18,622 nucleotides of DNA from Gemmatimonadota bacterium (GTDB lineage Bacteria; Gemmatimonadota; Gemmatimonadetes; Gemmatimonadales; Gemmatimonadaceae): contig JANMLN010000049.1 of assembly GCA_031372565.1 (NCBI GenBank), positions 1 through 18,622 on the forward strand, given 5' to 3'. Made by a program: the position numbers and the translations under genes. The notes under the pieces are model-generated. The model made no database searches, was not told the origin of the DNA, and was given only the letters and a program-made list of their open reading frames with translations. Numbering within the stretch: the first letter of the stretch is position 1; each line of letters begins with the position of its first letter. Positions 8,119 to 16,788 of this stretch are shown in pieces.

Positions 8119-8127
8119 TGCTATCGT
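8119..8127 (+). promoter_or_regulatory. Candidate extended -10 element for a near-leaderless kinase transcript
   Basis: TG-c-TATCGT ends 9 nt before GTG 8137; no Shine-Dalgarno is present. Confidence 0.4.
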
Positions 8128-8136
8128 CTGCCCCGA

Positions 8137-10572
8137 GTGAACGCCCCCCACGATCCCCGCCTGAGCCCGCCCCCTCGGGCGCTCGTCGAAGCCCTGCGCG
8201 CCGCGTACGAGATCGAGGCCCCGATCGGACGCGGCGGGATGGCCACGGTGTACCGCGCGCGGGACCTCCGTCACGACCGTCTCGTCGCGATCAAGCTCCT
8301 CGATGGCGACGTGGGCGCCGCCTTGGGCGCCGAACGGTTCCAGCGCGAAGTGCGCATCGCCGCGCGGCTTGCGCACCCCAACCTCCTCCCGGTCCACGAC
8401 TCGGGCGAGCTCGACGGGGAGCTCTGGTACGTCATGCCCTTCGTGGCCGACGGAAGCCTGCGCGACCGCCTCGCGCGCGAGGGACCCCTTCCCGTTGCCG
8501 ACGTGGTCGCGATCGCCCGCGACGTCGCCAGCGCTCTGGCGTACGCGCATGCGCAGGGGGTCATCCACCGCGACATCAAGCCCGAGAACATCCTCTTCGA
8601 GGCGGGGCGCGCCGTCGTCGCGGACTTCGGCATCGCCCGCGTGCTCGACCCCGACGGGAGCGGGCTGACCTCGTCGGGGGGGCTCGCGGTGGGGACCCCG
8701 GCCTACATGAGCCCCGAGCAGGCAACCGCGCACCCGCAGCTCGACCCCCGCACCGACCAGTACTCGCTCGGCGTGGTGATGTACGAGATGCTCGCCGGGA
8801 ACGCCCCCTTTGCCAGCTCGACCCCTCGCGCCGTGCTCGCCCGCCACGTGCACGAGACCCCGCCGCCCCTCCGGATCGTTCGCCCCGACCTGCCGCCATG
8901 GCTCGTGGCGGTCGTCGAGCGCGCGCTGGCCAAGGTCCCCGCCGACCGGTTCAGCGACCTCGCCGTCCTTGACCAAGCGCTCGTGGCGGGCCCGAGCGGG
9001 TTCCACCCGCCGGTGCTCGAGCGCCGGCGCCGCTGGGCCGCCCTCGCCGTGTTGGGGGCGATCGCCGCCGCCGCGTGGGCCGCCACTCGCCCCCCGCCCC
9101 CCGATCCGCGCCGGGTCGCCGTCCTCCCCATCGAACGCGCGGCCGCCGACCGGGACCTCGAGGGCGCCGCCGAGTCGATCACCGCCGACCTCGCCGGGGG
9201 GCTGGCAAGCGTCGAGTCGCTGATCGTCTCCCCAGTGAGCGACGTGCGCCCGCTGGCGCGGGCCACGGCGGCCGAGGTGCGCCGGGTGCTCAACGTGCGC
9301 TGGCTCGTGACGGGGCGCCTCACGGGCTCAGGCGATACGGTGCAACTGACCGCCGACCTCGTGGACACGCGCGACGGGCGCCAGGTGCGAAGCTGGAAGT
9401 GGCGCGCGGCGGCGCGCACCTTGCTCGCGGTGCAGGACACGGCGAGCGCCGAGATCGCCCGCGAACTCCGCGTGCGCCTGGGCGCCGAGCTCCGCGCCAC
9501 GGGGCGCCGTGCCGAGACGCGCTCGGTGGAGGCGTGGGAGCTGGTGCAGCGGGCGGCGCGCCGGCGCCGCGAGGGGCGCGCCCTCGTCGAGCGCGACGAC
9601 CCGGCGACCGCGCGCACGCAGTTCGCCGCGGCCGAGACGCTGCTCCTGGAGGCCCGGCGCAAGGACCCGGCCTGGCCCGAGCCGCTGGTCGAGCAGGGTC
9701 AGCTCGCGCTCGAGCTGGGACGCTTGGTCCCGCCGGGGGACAGCGCCGCCGCGGCCGCTCCCGCTCGGGCGCGTGCGCTGGCCGACTCGGCCCTCAAGCT
9801 CCGCGCCGGCGACCAGCGCGCGCTCCGCCTGCGCGGAGAGAGCGAGATGTCGCTCTTCCTCCTCCAAGGGGCGGGGGGGGACAGCACCCACCTGGCGGCG
9901 GCCGAGCGTGACCTCCGGGGCGCGGCGGCCGGTGACGGGAGCGAGAAGCCGGCGGCGCTCGCGCTCCTGAGTCAGGTCGAGCGCCTGCGCGGGAACGCCT
10001 TGCAGGCGCACGACCTCGCGCGGCGCGCGTTCGAGGCCGACAACTACCTCGAGAACGCCCGCGACGTGCTGCTGCGCCTCTGCGAGACCTCGCTCGAGAT
10101 CGACCGCCCCGACGAGGCGCGCCGGTGGTGCGAGGAGGGGCGTCGCCGGGCGGGCGACGAGTGGCTCTTCCTGTACTATCGGCTGACGCAGCTGGTGTGG
10201 CAGCGCGGCCCCGCGGTGACATCCGCCACCGTGTGGGCGACGTACGACACCCTGGTGCAGACCGCCCCGCTACAACTGCGCGTGCTCGAGCCCGAGTGGC
10301 GGCTGCTGGCGGCCGCCGCGCTCGCGCGCGGCGGGCTCGCCGACAGCGCGCGCCGCGTGATGCGCGAGGTGCTGCGCAAGGGCGAGGTGCACGTGGACCA
10401 GCGCTTCTACGAGGCGGTGGCGCTCGCGAACCTCGGCGACGGCGCCGGCGCGATGCGCGTGCTCGAGGACTTCCTGCGCCGCGCCCCCGAGATGCGGAGC
10501 TTCGTCGCAAGCAGTGCGCTGACCCTGCCCCTGCGCGAGCTCCCGGCCTTCCGCGTGCTGGTGGGACGATAG
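8137..10572 (+). CDS. Hanks-type Ser/Thr protein kinase with one TM helix, a TolB-N-like domain and TPR-like repeats
   Basis: IGRGGMATVY, VAIK, HRDIKPEN, DFG and GTPAYMSPE; RRRRWAALAVLGAIAAAAW TM; RVAVLPIE...LVTGRL...VQLTADLVD TolB-like module; helical repeat C-terminus. Start is uncertain (8047-8137). Confidence 0.93.
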   Translation: MNAPHDPRLSPPPRALVEALRAAYEIEAPIGRGGMATVYRARDLRHDRLVAIKLLDGDVGAALGAERFQREVRIAARLAHPNLLPVHDSGELDGELWYVMPFVADGSLRDRLAREGPLPVADVVAIARDVASALAYAHAQGVIHRDIKPENILFEAGRAVVADFGIARVLDPDGSGLTSSGGLAVGTPAYMSPEQATAHPQLDPRTDQYSLGVVMYEMLAGNAPFASSTPRAVLARHVHETPPPLRIVRPDLPPWLVAVVERALAKVPADRFSDLAVLDQALVAGPSGFHPPVLERRRRWAALAVLGAIAAAAWAATRPPPPDPRRVAVLPIERAAADRDLEGAAESITADLAGGLASVESLIVSPVSDVRPLARATAAEVRRVLNVRWLVTGRLTGSGDTVQLTADLVDTRDGRQVRSWKWRAAARTLLAVQDTASAEIARELRVRLGAELRATGRRAETRSVEAWELVQRAARRRREGRALVERDDPATARTQFAAAETLLLEARRKDPAWPEPLVEQGQLALELGRLVPPGDSAAAAAPARARALADSALKLRAGDQRALRLRGESEMSLFLLQGAGGDSTHLAAAERDLRGAAAGDGSEKPAALALLSQVERLRGNALQAHDLARRAFEADNYLENARDVLLRLCETSLEIDRPDEARRWCEEGRRRAGDEWLFLYYRLTQLVWQRGPAVTSATVWATYDTLVQTAPLQLRVLEPEWRLLAAAALARGGLADSARRVMREVLRKGEVHVDQRFYEAVALANLGDGAGAMRVLEDFLRRAPEMRSFVASSALTLPLRELPAFRVLVGR

Positions 10573-10602
10573 GGGCAGGCGGTCGGCGTGGCCGCCTGCC
10601 CC
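10572..10602. terminator. GC-rich hairpin between convergent genes (probable bidirectional terminator or stabiliser)
   Basis: GGGGCAGGCGG / CCGCCTGCCCC 11-bp perfect stem between the stops at 10572 and 10610; no U-tract. Confidence 0.6.
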
Positions 10603-10609
10603 CACGTGG

Positions 10610-11104
10610 TCACAGCGGTTGCTGCCCGCTGTGGATGCGGTGCAGGACGATCGGGGGGCCGGTCAGATTCGCCCGCATGATCCGATCGGCATCCTTCTCG
10701 AACTTGAGCGCGGTCTCGAGGCCGCGGGTGGAGGCGTAGTACGGCGAGAAGAACTTGCGGTACGCCCCGATGCCGAAGACGAGCGCGTCGACCTCGTTGA
10801 GGTCGAACTGCGCCAGTTCAGTGCCGCTCCCGTTGATGAGTCGGACGATGCGCGCTGGGCCGACTCCCTTGTTCTCCCCACCAGACGGTGAGCACACCGG
10901 CCCCACCACCTCAGATCCGGGACTCACGGCGCTCGCGGCGAGGGCGTCCGCTTCGGTGTAGTACGGCCCCCGCACGTCGCCGTCGGGAGTGCGGGGCGCC
11001 ACGTACCACTGCGGCTCGCTCTGGTCGTACCCCGCGGCCGCCTCGGCGACCAGCTTGAGTTGCCACGGCGTGGGGCAGCGCCTTGAAGGAGGGGGAGTCG
11101 TCAT
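10610..11104 (-). CDS. Hypothetical soluble protein, 164 aa
   Basis: Protein-like composition (QLKLVAEAAAGY, DALVFGIGAYRKFFSPYY); the stop abuts the hairpin; there is an upstream promoter candidate. No signal peptide or recognised domain. Confidence 0.75.
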   Translation of the reverse strand: MTTPPPSRRCPTPWQLKLVAEAAAGYDQSEPQWYVAPRTPDGDVRGPYYTEADALAASAVSPGSEVVGPVCSPSGGENKGVGPARIVRLINGSGTELAQFDLNEVDALVFGIGAYRKFFSPYYASTRGLETALKFEKDADRIMRANLTGPPIVLHRIHSGQQPL

Positions 11105-11160
11105 GAGGTTGGGTACCCTGAAGGTGAGTGGTTGTGAAGTGCGCTGGCGTGCGCCCGACT

Positions 11161-11203
11161 ACCCTGCTGCCCGCCCCTCACGGCGTCAATAGGGCGATCG
11201 CCC
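11161..11203 (-). promoter_or_regulatory. Candidate sigma70-type promoter with an adjacent palindromic operator
   Basis: Minus strand TTGACG (11189-11184), 17 bp, then a weak -10 CAGGGT (11166-11161). A perfect palindrome GGGCGATCGCCC (11192-11203) lies just upstream of the -35. Confidence 0.4.
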
Positions 11204-11429
11204 CTGTGACGTTGCCCGGGCGCCCGCGCGAGTCGTCGAATCGGGTCCGCGGCATGGAACCTCCTCCGCCGCTCAGGCGAGGTCGATTCCCAGCTTGTCA
11301 TCCGGCCCCGTCTTCGGGGCGCAGGTCCAGATGAGTACGTCGATCATGCGATGGTGCCACGCGTCTCCGCGCCCCACACTCACTCGTAGTGTGAGATGTC
11401 ATGTGGGTGACCCTGTCGGAGTACATGCC

Positions 11430-12512
11430 ATGCTGTTTGAACCGTACCGTCTGGGTGCGCTGATGTTGCACAATCGGGTGGTGATGGCCCCGATGACCCG
11501 CAATCGGGCCACGGCGGCACATGTGCCGACGCCCCTCATGGCGTCGTACTACGGGCAACGGGCCGATTTGGGCCTCTTGATCACGGAAGGGACGTCGCCG
11601 TCGCCCGACGGCTTGGGCTATGCGCGCATTCCCGGACTCTTCAACGCCGAGCAGGTCGCTGCCTGGCGCGTGATCACCGAGACCGTACACACGCACGACG
11701 CCAAGATCTTTGCGCAGTTCATGCACTGCGGTCGAGCCTCACATGTCGACAACCTGCCAGCTGGCGGTCGAGTCGTCTCCTCCACGGCCGTGGCGCTCAC
11801 GGAGTCGATCTTCACCGACACCGCTGGACTCCAGCCGGCCAGCCTCCCGCATGCACTCACGGAGCCAGAGATCGCGCTGGTGGTCACGGAGGTTGCGCAC
11901 GCAGCGCGTGCGGCCATGGACGCGGGCTTCGATGGCATTGAGCTGCATGCCGCCAACGGCTATCTGATCGAGCAGTTTCTGAACGCGAACATCAATGACC
12001 GGGCAGACGGGTACGGCGGGTCGATTCCCGGGCGCAACCGGTTTGCCCTCGAGGTCGCGCGCGCCTGTGCGGATGCGATTGGCCCGGACCGGGTTGGCAT
12101 GCGCGTCTCACCGTACGGCGTGTTCAATCAGGCCGGCGCGTTTCCCGGTCTCGAAACACAATACCTCGCCCTCGCGACGCAACTGAGTGCGATCGGCATC
12201 GTGTATCTGCACCTCGTGGATCACGAGTCGATGGGTGCGCCGGCAATTCCCCACGACTTCAAGATCGCGCTGCGTGAGGCCTTCACGGGAACGTTCATTG
12301 CCTCAGGCGGCTTTGATGCCGTCAGCGCGGAAGCCGCGCTGCAAAGCCAGCAGGCGGACCTGGTCGCCTTCGGCCGCGCGGCACTGGCCAACCCGGACTT
12401 GCTGCGCCGCCTCGAAGCGCACATCCCACTGGCACCACCCAACATGGCCACCTTCTATACGCCGGGGCCGGTTGGCTACACCGACTACCCCGCTGCCTCG
12501 CTGGCGATGTAG
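11430..12512 (+). CDS. nemA: Old yellow enzyme family FMN-dependent alkene reductase (NemA-like)
   Basis: NRVVMAPMTRNRA, GLLITEGT, GFDGIELHAANGYLIEQFL (H/N pair plus Tyr), DLVAFGR..LANPDL and GYTDYP; GGAG RBS before ATG 11430. Confidence 0.92.
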   Translation: MLFEPYRLGALMLHNRVVMAPMTRNRATAAHVPTPLMASYYGQRADLGLLITEGTSPSPDGLGYARIPGLFNAEQVAAWRVITETVHTHDAKIFAQFMHCGRASHVDNLPAGGRVVSSTAVALTESIFTDTAGLQPASLPHALTEPEIALVVTEVAHAARAAMDAGFDGIELHAANGYLIEQFLNANINDRADGYGGSIPGRNRFALEVARACADAIGPDRVGMRVSPYGVFNQAGAFPGLETQYLALATQLSAIGIVYLHLVDHESMGAPAIPHDFKIALREAFTGTFIASGGFDAVSAEAALQSQQADLVAFGRAALANPDLLRRLEAHIPLAPPNMATFYTPGPVGYTDYPAASLAM

Positions 12513-12516
12513 GGTC

Positions 12517-13224
12517 ATGACACCGACGGCGGACGCGCGGCACCCTGAGCGACATCTGGTTTCCCGAGTCGGCTGGCTGCGCGCGGCCGTGCTCGGGGCG
12601 AACGACGGCATCATCTCGACGGCGAGCCTCGTCGTCGGGGTTGCCGCGGCGTCCACCAACCCAACCGACGTGGTGGTCGCGGGCGTTGCCGGACTGGTCG
12701 CCGGTGCGTTATCGATGGCCGCCGGCGAGTACGTCTCGGTCAGTTCGCAGGCCGACACGGAGCGTGCCGATCTAGCGCGCGAAACACGAGAACTGGCCGA
12801 CGATCCAGACGCGGAGCTGGAGGAGTTGACGCAGATCTACGTGGCACGCGGCGTGGAGTTGCCACTCGCCCGTCGCGTGGCTGAGCAGATGACCGCCCAC
12901 GACGCGCTCGGCGCACATACCCGCGATGAGCTCGGCCTTTCCGAACACGTCATGGCACGACCGATCCAGGCCGCGTGGACATCGGCGCTGACGTTCACCG
13001 TGGGGGCGGCAGTGCCGATGGTTCTCGTGCTGCTGGCCCCAGGCCCGGCAACGGCCATCGTGGTGTCCGTCGGGTCGCTGATCTGCCTCGCGGGGCTGGG
13101 AGCGGCCGGGGCCCGTATTGGCGGAGCGCCACTCCTAACGCCGACGTTGCGCGTGACGTTCTGGGGAGCATTCGCCATGGCCGCCACCGCGGCGATCGGC
13201 GCGCTCGTGGGGCGCGTCATCTGA
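12517..13224 (+). CDS. VIT1/CCC1 family Fe2+/Mn2+ transporter
   Basis: GWLRAAVLGANDGIISTASLVVGVA, GALSMAAGEYVSVSSQADTE and HTRDELG; starts 4 nt after the upstream stop. Confidence 0.95.
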   Translation: MTPTADARHPERHLVSRVGWLRAAVLGANDGIISTASLVVGVAAASTNPTDVVVAGVAGLVAGALSMAAGEYVSVSSQADTERADLARETRELADDPDAELEELTQIYVARGVELPLARRVAEQMTAHDALGAHTRDELGLSEHVMARPIQAAWTSALTFTVGAAVPMVLVLLAPGPATAIVVSVGSLICLAGLGAAGARIGGAPLLTPTLRVTFWGAFAMAATAAIGALVGRVI

Positions 13225-13234
13225 GGAGCCTGTA

Positions 13235-16000
13235 ATGGACCGCTGGCACGAAACGTCCGGCGCCGAGGTGCTCGCGCACTTTGCCTCGTCCGACGTCGGT
13301 CTGTCCGGAACCGAAGCACGCGCGCGATTGCGTGTGAACGGCGAGAACCGCTTTCGCGAGGCGCCGCCGGTCAGCAAGGCGAAGATTCTGCTGCGCCAGT
13401 TCCAGAGCGTGCTGGTCGGGATCCTCATCGGCGCCGGCGGGTTGTCGTTCATCCTGGGTGACGCGATCGACGCGATCGCGATTCTCGCGATCGTGGTGCT
13501 GAACGCGGCAATCGGATTCTCACAGGAGCTCAGCGCCGAGCGCTCGATTGCCGCGCTCAAGGCCATGACGGCGCCAAACGCGACACTCCTGCGCGATGGC
13601 AAGGAAGTTTCGGTGCCCGCGACGGACGTCGTGACGGGCGACATCCTGGCCCTCGTGGCGGGAGAGCTCGTGGCCGCGGATGCGCGCGTCCTGAGCGCGT
13701 CGTTGCTCACCTGCGTCGAAGCGGCGCTGACGGGTGAGTCCGATGCGGTGTCGAAACGTGCCGAGCCGATCGTGGGCGACCGCGTCGCCATCGGTGATCG
13801 CTTCAACATGGTGTTCATGGGCACTGCCGTCGCCACGGGTACCGCGCGTGCCGTCGTGGTCGCGACCGCGATGGATACCGAACTCGGGCGCATCGCGGCG
13901 ATGATCACCGACGCCGCACCATCCACGGGCACTCCGCTGCAACAACGCCTCGCGGCGGTCGGTCGATCACTCTTGTGGGCCGCGGTCGCGATCGTCGTGC
14001 TCGTGTTCGTGCTCGGCATCATGCGCGGGACCCCCCTCAGTGAACTCGCGCTGAGCGCCGTCAGCCTCGCCGTCGCCGCGATTCCCGAGGGGCTCCCCGC
14101 CGTGGTCACCGTGGCGCTCTCGCTCGGGGCGGTTCGCATGGCGCGACAGCATGCACTCGTGCGCAGGCTGTCGGCGGTGGAAACGCTGGGGTCGACGGAC
14201 GTCATCTGCACCGACAAGACCGGCACGCTGACGGTGGGCGCCATGACCGTTCGCCTGGTGTCTGTCGACGGCCGCGACTTTGCACTCAGCGGGGAGGGCT
14301 ATGCGCCCACCGGCGCGGTACACCGCCGTGAACAGCGTACGCTGCCCACGAGCGAGGAACAGTCGATGCTCCACGCGCTGGCAACCGTCGTGGTGGGTTG
14401 CAACCAGGCGCAGATCACCGAAGTGGACGGGGTGTGGAGCGTCACGGGCGATCCCACCGAAGGCGCGCTCCTCGTGGCCGGCGCGAAACTCGGCGTCGAT
14501 CGATCAGCGTTGGACATCGCGATGCCTGTCGTCTGCTCGCTCCCGTTCGACTCCGAACGCAAGCGAAGCGCCGTCGTGCGCCGCGGGGCAGACGGCACGC
14601 ACCTCGTCCTGGTGAACGGCGCGCCGGGCACGCTGCTGGACTGCTGCACGCACCGCCTCGGGGCGAACGGACCACAGCCGCTCACGGCCTCCGATCGCGC
14701 GGCGATCATGAAGCAATCCACCGCGATGGCGAGACAGTCGCTCCGCGTGCTGGGTTCGGCGCGTCGTGAGTTGGGCGCCACGCTGCCCGCCACCTGCACG
14801 CCCGAGACCATCGAACAGGCGCTGACCTTCGTCGGGTTGTCAGGGATGCATGATCCCCCGCGCGTCGAGGCGAAGCAGGCCATCGCGCAGTGCCGCACCG
14901 CCGGCATTCGCGTGGTGATGATCACCGGCGATCATCCGGAGACCGCGCTCGCCATCGCGCGCGAACTGGGCATCGTGCTGCACGCGCACGACACCGCATT
15001 GACCGGGCCCGCGCTGGAGGCCATGTCCGACGACGAGCTGCGGCGTACGGTGGAACACACCCGGGTCTATGCCCGCGTGAGTGCCGCACACAAGCTACGG
15101 GTCGTGCGCGCGTGGCAGGCCGTCCGCGCCGTCGTGGCCATGACGGGAGATGGCGTGAACGATGCGCCGGCGATCAAAGGGGCTGACATCGGGATCGCCA
15201 TGGGCCGCTCCGGCACCGAGGTCACCAAGCAGGCCGCCGATCTCGTGATGACCGACGACAACTTCGCCACGATCGTGACGGCCGTCCAACAGGGTCGCGG
15301 GATCTACGACAACATTCGCAAGACGCTGCAGTATCTGCTGGCGGGCAATACGGCGGAATTGCTGCTCATGCTGGTGGCCGTGGTCGTCGGCATGCCCGTG
15401 CCGTTGCTGCCCATCCATCTGCTCTGGATCAACCTGGTGACCGACGGGCTTCCTGCACTCGCCCTCGCGGCAGACCCGATCGACGACGACGTGATGACGC
15501 GCGCCCCGCGTCCCCGCGCGGAGAAGCTCGCGAATGCGCGTTTTCTCTGGACCATGAGTTTCACTGGCGTGCTCACGGCCGGCGTCGCCCTGGCGGTCTA
15601 CAGCATCGCCCTCACGCGACATCCGGTGGACGTCGCACGCAGCTGGGCATTCACCGTGGTCGTCTTCGCCGAACTGTTGCGCGCGTTCGGGGCGCGGAGT
15701 GACACCCGCAACGTCTGGCAGTTCTCACCGCTCAGCAATCGATGGTTGGTTGGCGTCGTGTGCGTCACCGTCGCGGTGCAGGCATTCAGTCTCCACTCGG
15801 TCACGCTTGGCGCCATCCTCAAGACCACGCCGATGTCATTTTCGGACGCCGGCCTGCTCCTGCTGCTCGGTGCGATCCCGTTGCTGGTTCTCGAACTCGT
15901 GAAGTCGTTCCGCCGTTGGCGGCGCGGAGCCGTCACGGTGATGCAACCCGTCGTGCTACAGCAACGCGCTTCGTCGGACGGCCGGTACGGCGTTCCCTGA
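13235..16000 (+). CDS. P-type ATPase, type IIA (SERCA-like cation/Ca2+ pump)
   Basis: LTGES, IPEGLP, DKTGTLT, MITGDH, GDGVNDAPA, LAGNTAE and LWINLVTDG; GAGGAG RBS; 921 aa. Confidence 0.95.
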   Translation: MDRWHETSGAEVLAHFASSDVGLSGTEARARLRVNGENRFREAPPVSKAKILLRQFQSVLVGILIGAGGLSFILGDAIDAIAILAIVVLNAAIGFSQELSAERSIAALKAMTAPNATLLRDGKEVSVPATDVVTGDILALVAGELVAADARVLSASLLTCVEAALTGESDAVSKRAEPIVGDRVAIGDRFNMVFMGTAVATGTARAVVVATAMDTELGRIAAMITDAAPSTGTPLQQRLAAVGRSLLWAAVAIVVLVFVLGIMRGTPLSELALSAVSLAVAAIPEGLPAVVTVALSLGAVRMARQHALVRRLSAVETLGSTDVICTDKTGTLTVGAMTVRLVSVDGRDFALSGEGYAPTGAVHRREQRTLPTSEEQSMLHALATVVVGCNQAQITEVDGVWSVTGDPTEGALLVAGAKLGVDRSALDIAMPVVCSLPFDSERKRSAVVRRGADGTHLVLVNGAPGTLLDCCTHRLGANGPQPLTASDRAAIMKQSTAMARQSLRVLGSARRELGATLPATCTPETIEQALTFVGLSGMHDPPRVEAKQAIAQCRTAGIRVVMITGDHPETALAIARELGIVLHAHDTALTGPALEAMSDDELRRTVEHTRVYARVSAAHKLRVVRAWQAVRAVVAMTGDGVNDAPAIKGADIGIAMGRSGTEVTKQAADLVMTDDNFATIVTAVQQGRGIYDNIRKTLQYLLAGNTAELLLMLVAVVVGMPVPLLPIHLLWINLVTDGLPALALAADPIDDDVMTRAPRPRAEKLANARFLWTMSFTGVLTAGVALAVYSIALTRHPVDVARSWAFTVVVFAELLRAFGARSDTRNVWQFSPLSNRWLVGVVCVTVAVQAFSLHSVTLGAILKTTPMSFSDAGLLLLLGAIPLLVLELVKSFRRWRRGAVTVMQPVVLQQRASSDGRYGVP

Positions 16001-16069
16001 CTCCGTCGATTGCGCCGATGCACATGATTTCATTCGCAGGAATACCCCGACATGAAGGAGAGCACTTCC

Positions 16070-16618
16070 ATGAGAAGTCACTGCACGGTGCCCCGGCTGC
16101 TGGCCGTCCCGCTCTTCGTACTGAGCGCCTGCGCCACCGTCAGCGTGGGCGCCGACCATGACCCAGGCGTGCGCTTCGATCAGTATCGAACGTTTGGATG
16201 GGAAGCCAGCGACGGGCTTCCGGTGGGCGACCCCCGTCTCGACAACAATCCGTTCTTCGATTCCCGCGTACGCGCGGCGGCGGAGTTGGAACTGTCGGCC
16301 AAGGGACTCCGTCTCGTCAAGCAATCGCCTGATCTGCTCATCCACTATCACGCCAGCGTGCGGCAGCGCGTGGACGTCATCGAGCGCGACGAGAGGCGCG
16401 GGTACAGCATGACGCACCATAGCCAGTCGAGCAGCGTCGTGGAGTTCGAAGAAGGGACGCTGATCCTCGATGTCGCCGACGCCAAGTCGAAGCGCATTCT
16501 CTGGCGAGGCTGGGCGCAAACGGACGTTGGCGGATTGCTCGATCGGCCGCGTGACATGGAGAAGCGGATTGGTGAATCGATGCGCCTGATGGTCACGTCG
16601 TTCCCGCGGACGCCGTAA
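16070..16618 (+). CDS. DUF4136 family lipoprotein
   Basis: AAGGAG RBS before ATG 16070; lipobox LSAC; FDQYRTFGW, PDLLIHY and EEGTLILDVADAKSKRILWRG. Confidence 0.88.
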   Translation: MRSHCTVPRLLAVPLFVLSACATVSVGADHDPGVRFDQYRTFGWEASDGLPVGDPRLDNNPFFDSRVRAAAELELSAKGLRLVKQSPDLLIHYHASVRQRVDVIERDERRGYSMTHHSQSSSVVEFEEGTLILDVADAKSKRILWRGWAQTDVGGLLDRPRDMEKRIGESMRLMVTSFPRTP

Positions 16619-16788
16619 CGGCCGAGGCGCTACGCCGATCGTGGGAGACCGCAGGGCGGCCTCGCGCACTACCGTTCACGAGTCGTCCGCACGGCCCTCT
16701 CCGCCCTCATCCTGCCACTTCGAGTCATTCGATGGTGGCGCCCGACGAGTGAGTGCGCGGCCGACCGTCCCGCTCGGAGGAGCCCGTC

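Noticed and set aside
11273..11376. Minus-strand peptide ...HRMIDVLIWTCAPKTGPDDKLGIDLA* and the small hairpin at 11305-11320
   Set aside because: Possibly a gene 3' remnant, but too short to assign and lacking an RBS; a 6-bp GC stem is expected by chance.
11375..11393. CACACT-N7-AGTGTG dyad upstream of the alkene reductase as a repressor operator
   Set aside because: Only 6-bp arms, no adjacent regulator gene and no clear promoter overlap.
6744..15622. Many long antisense or alternative-frame ORFs (e.g. 6744-7745, 7819-9006, 8703-9662, 13135-14244)
   Set aside because: Shadows of real high-GC genes; no recognisable motifs.
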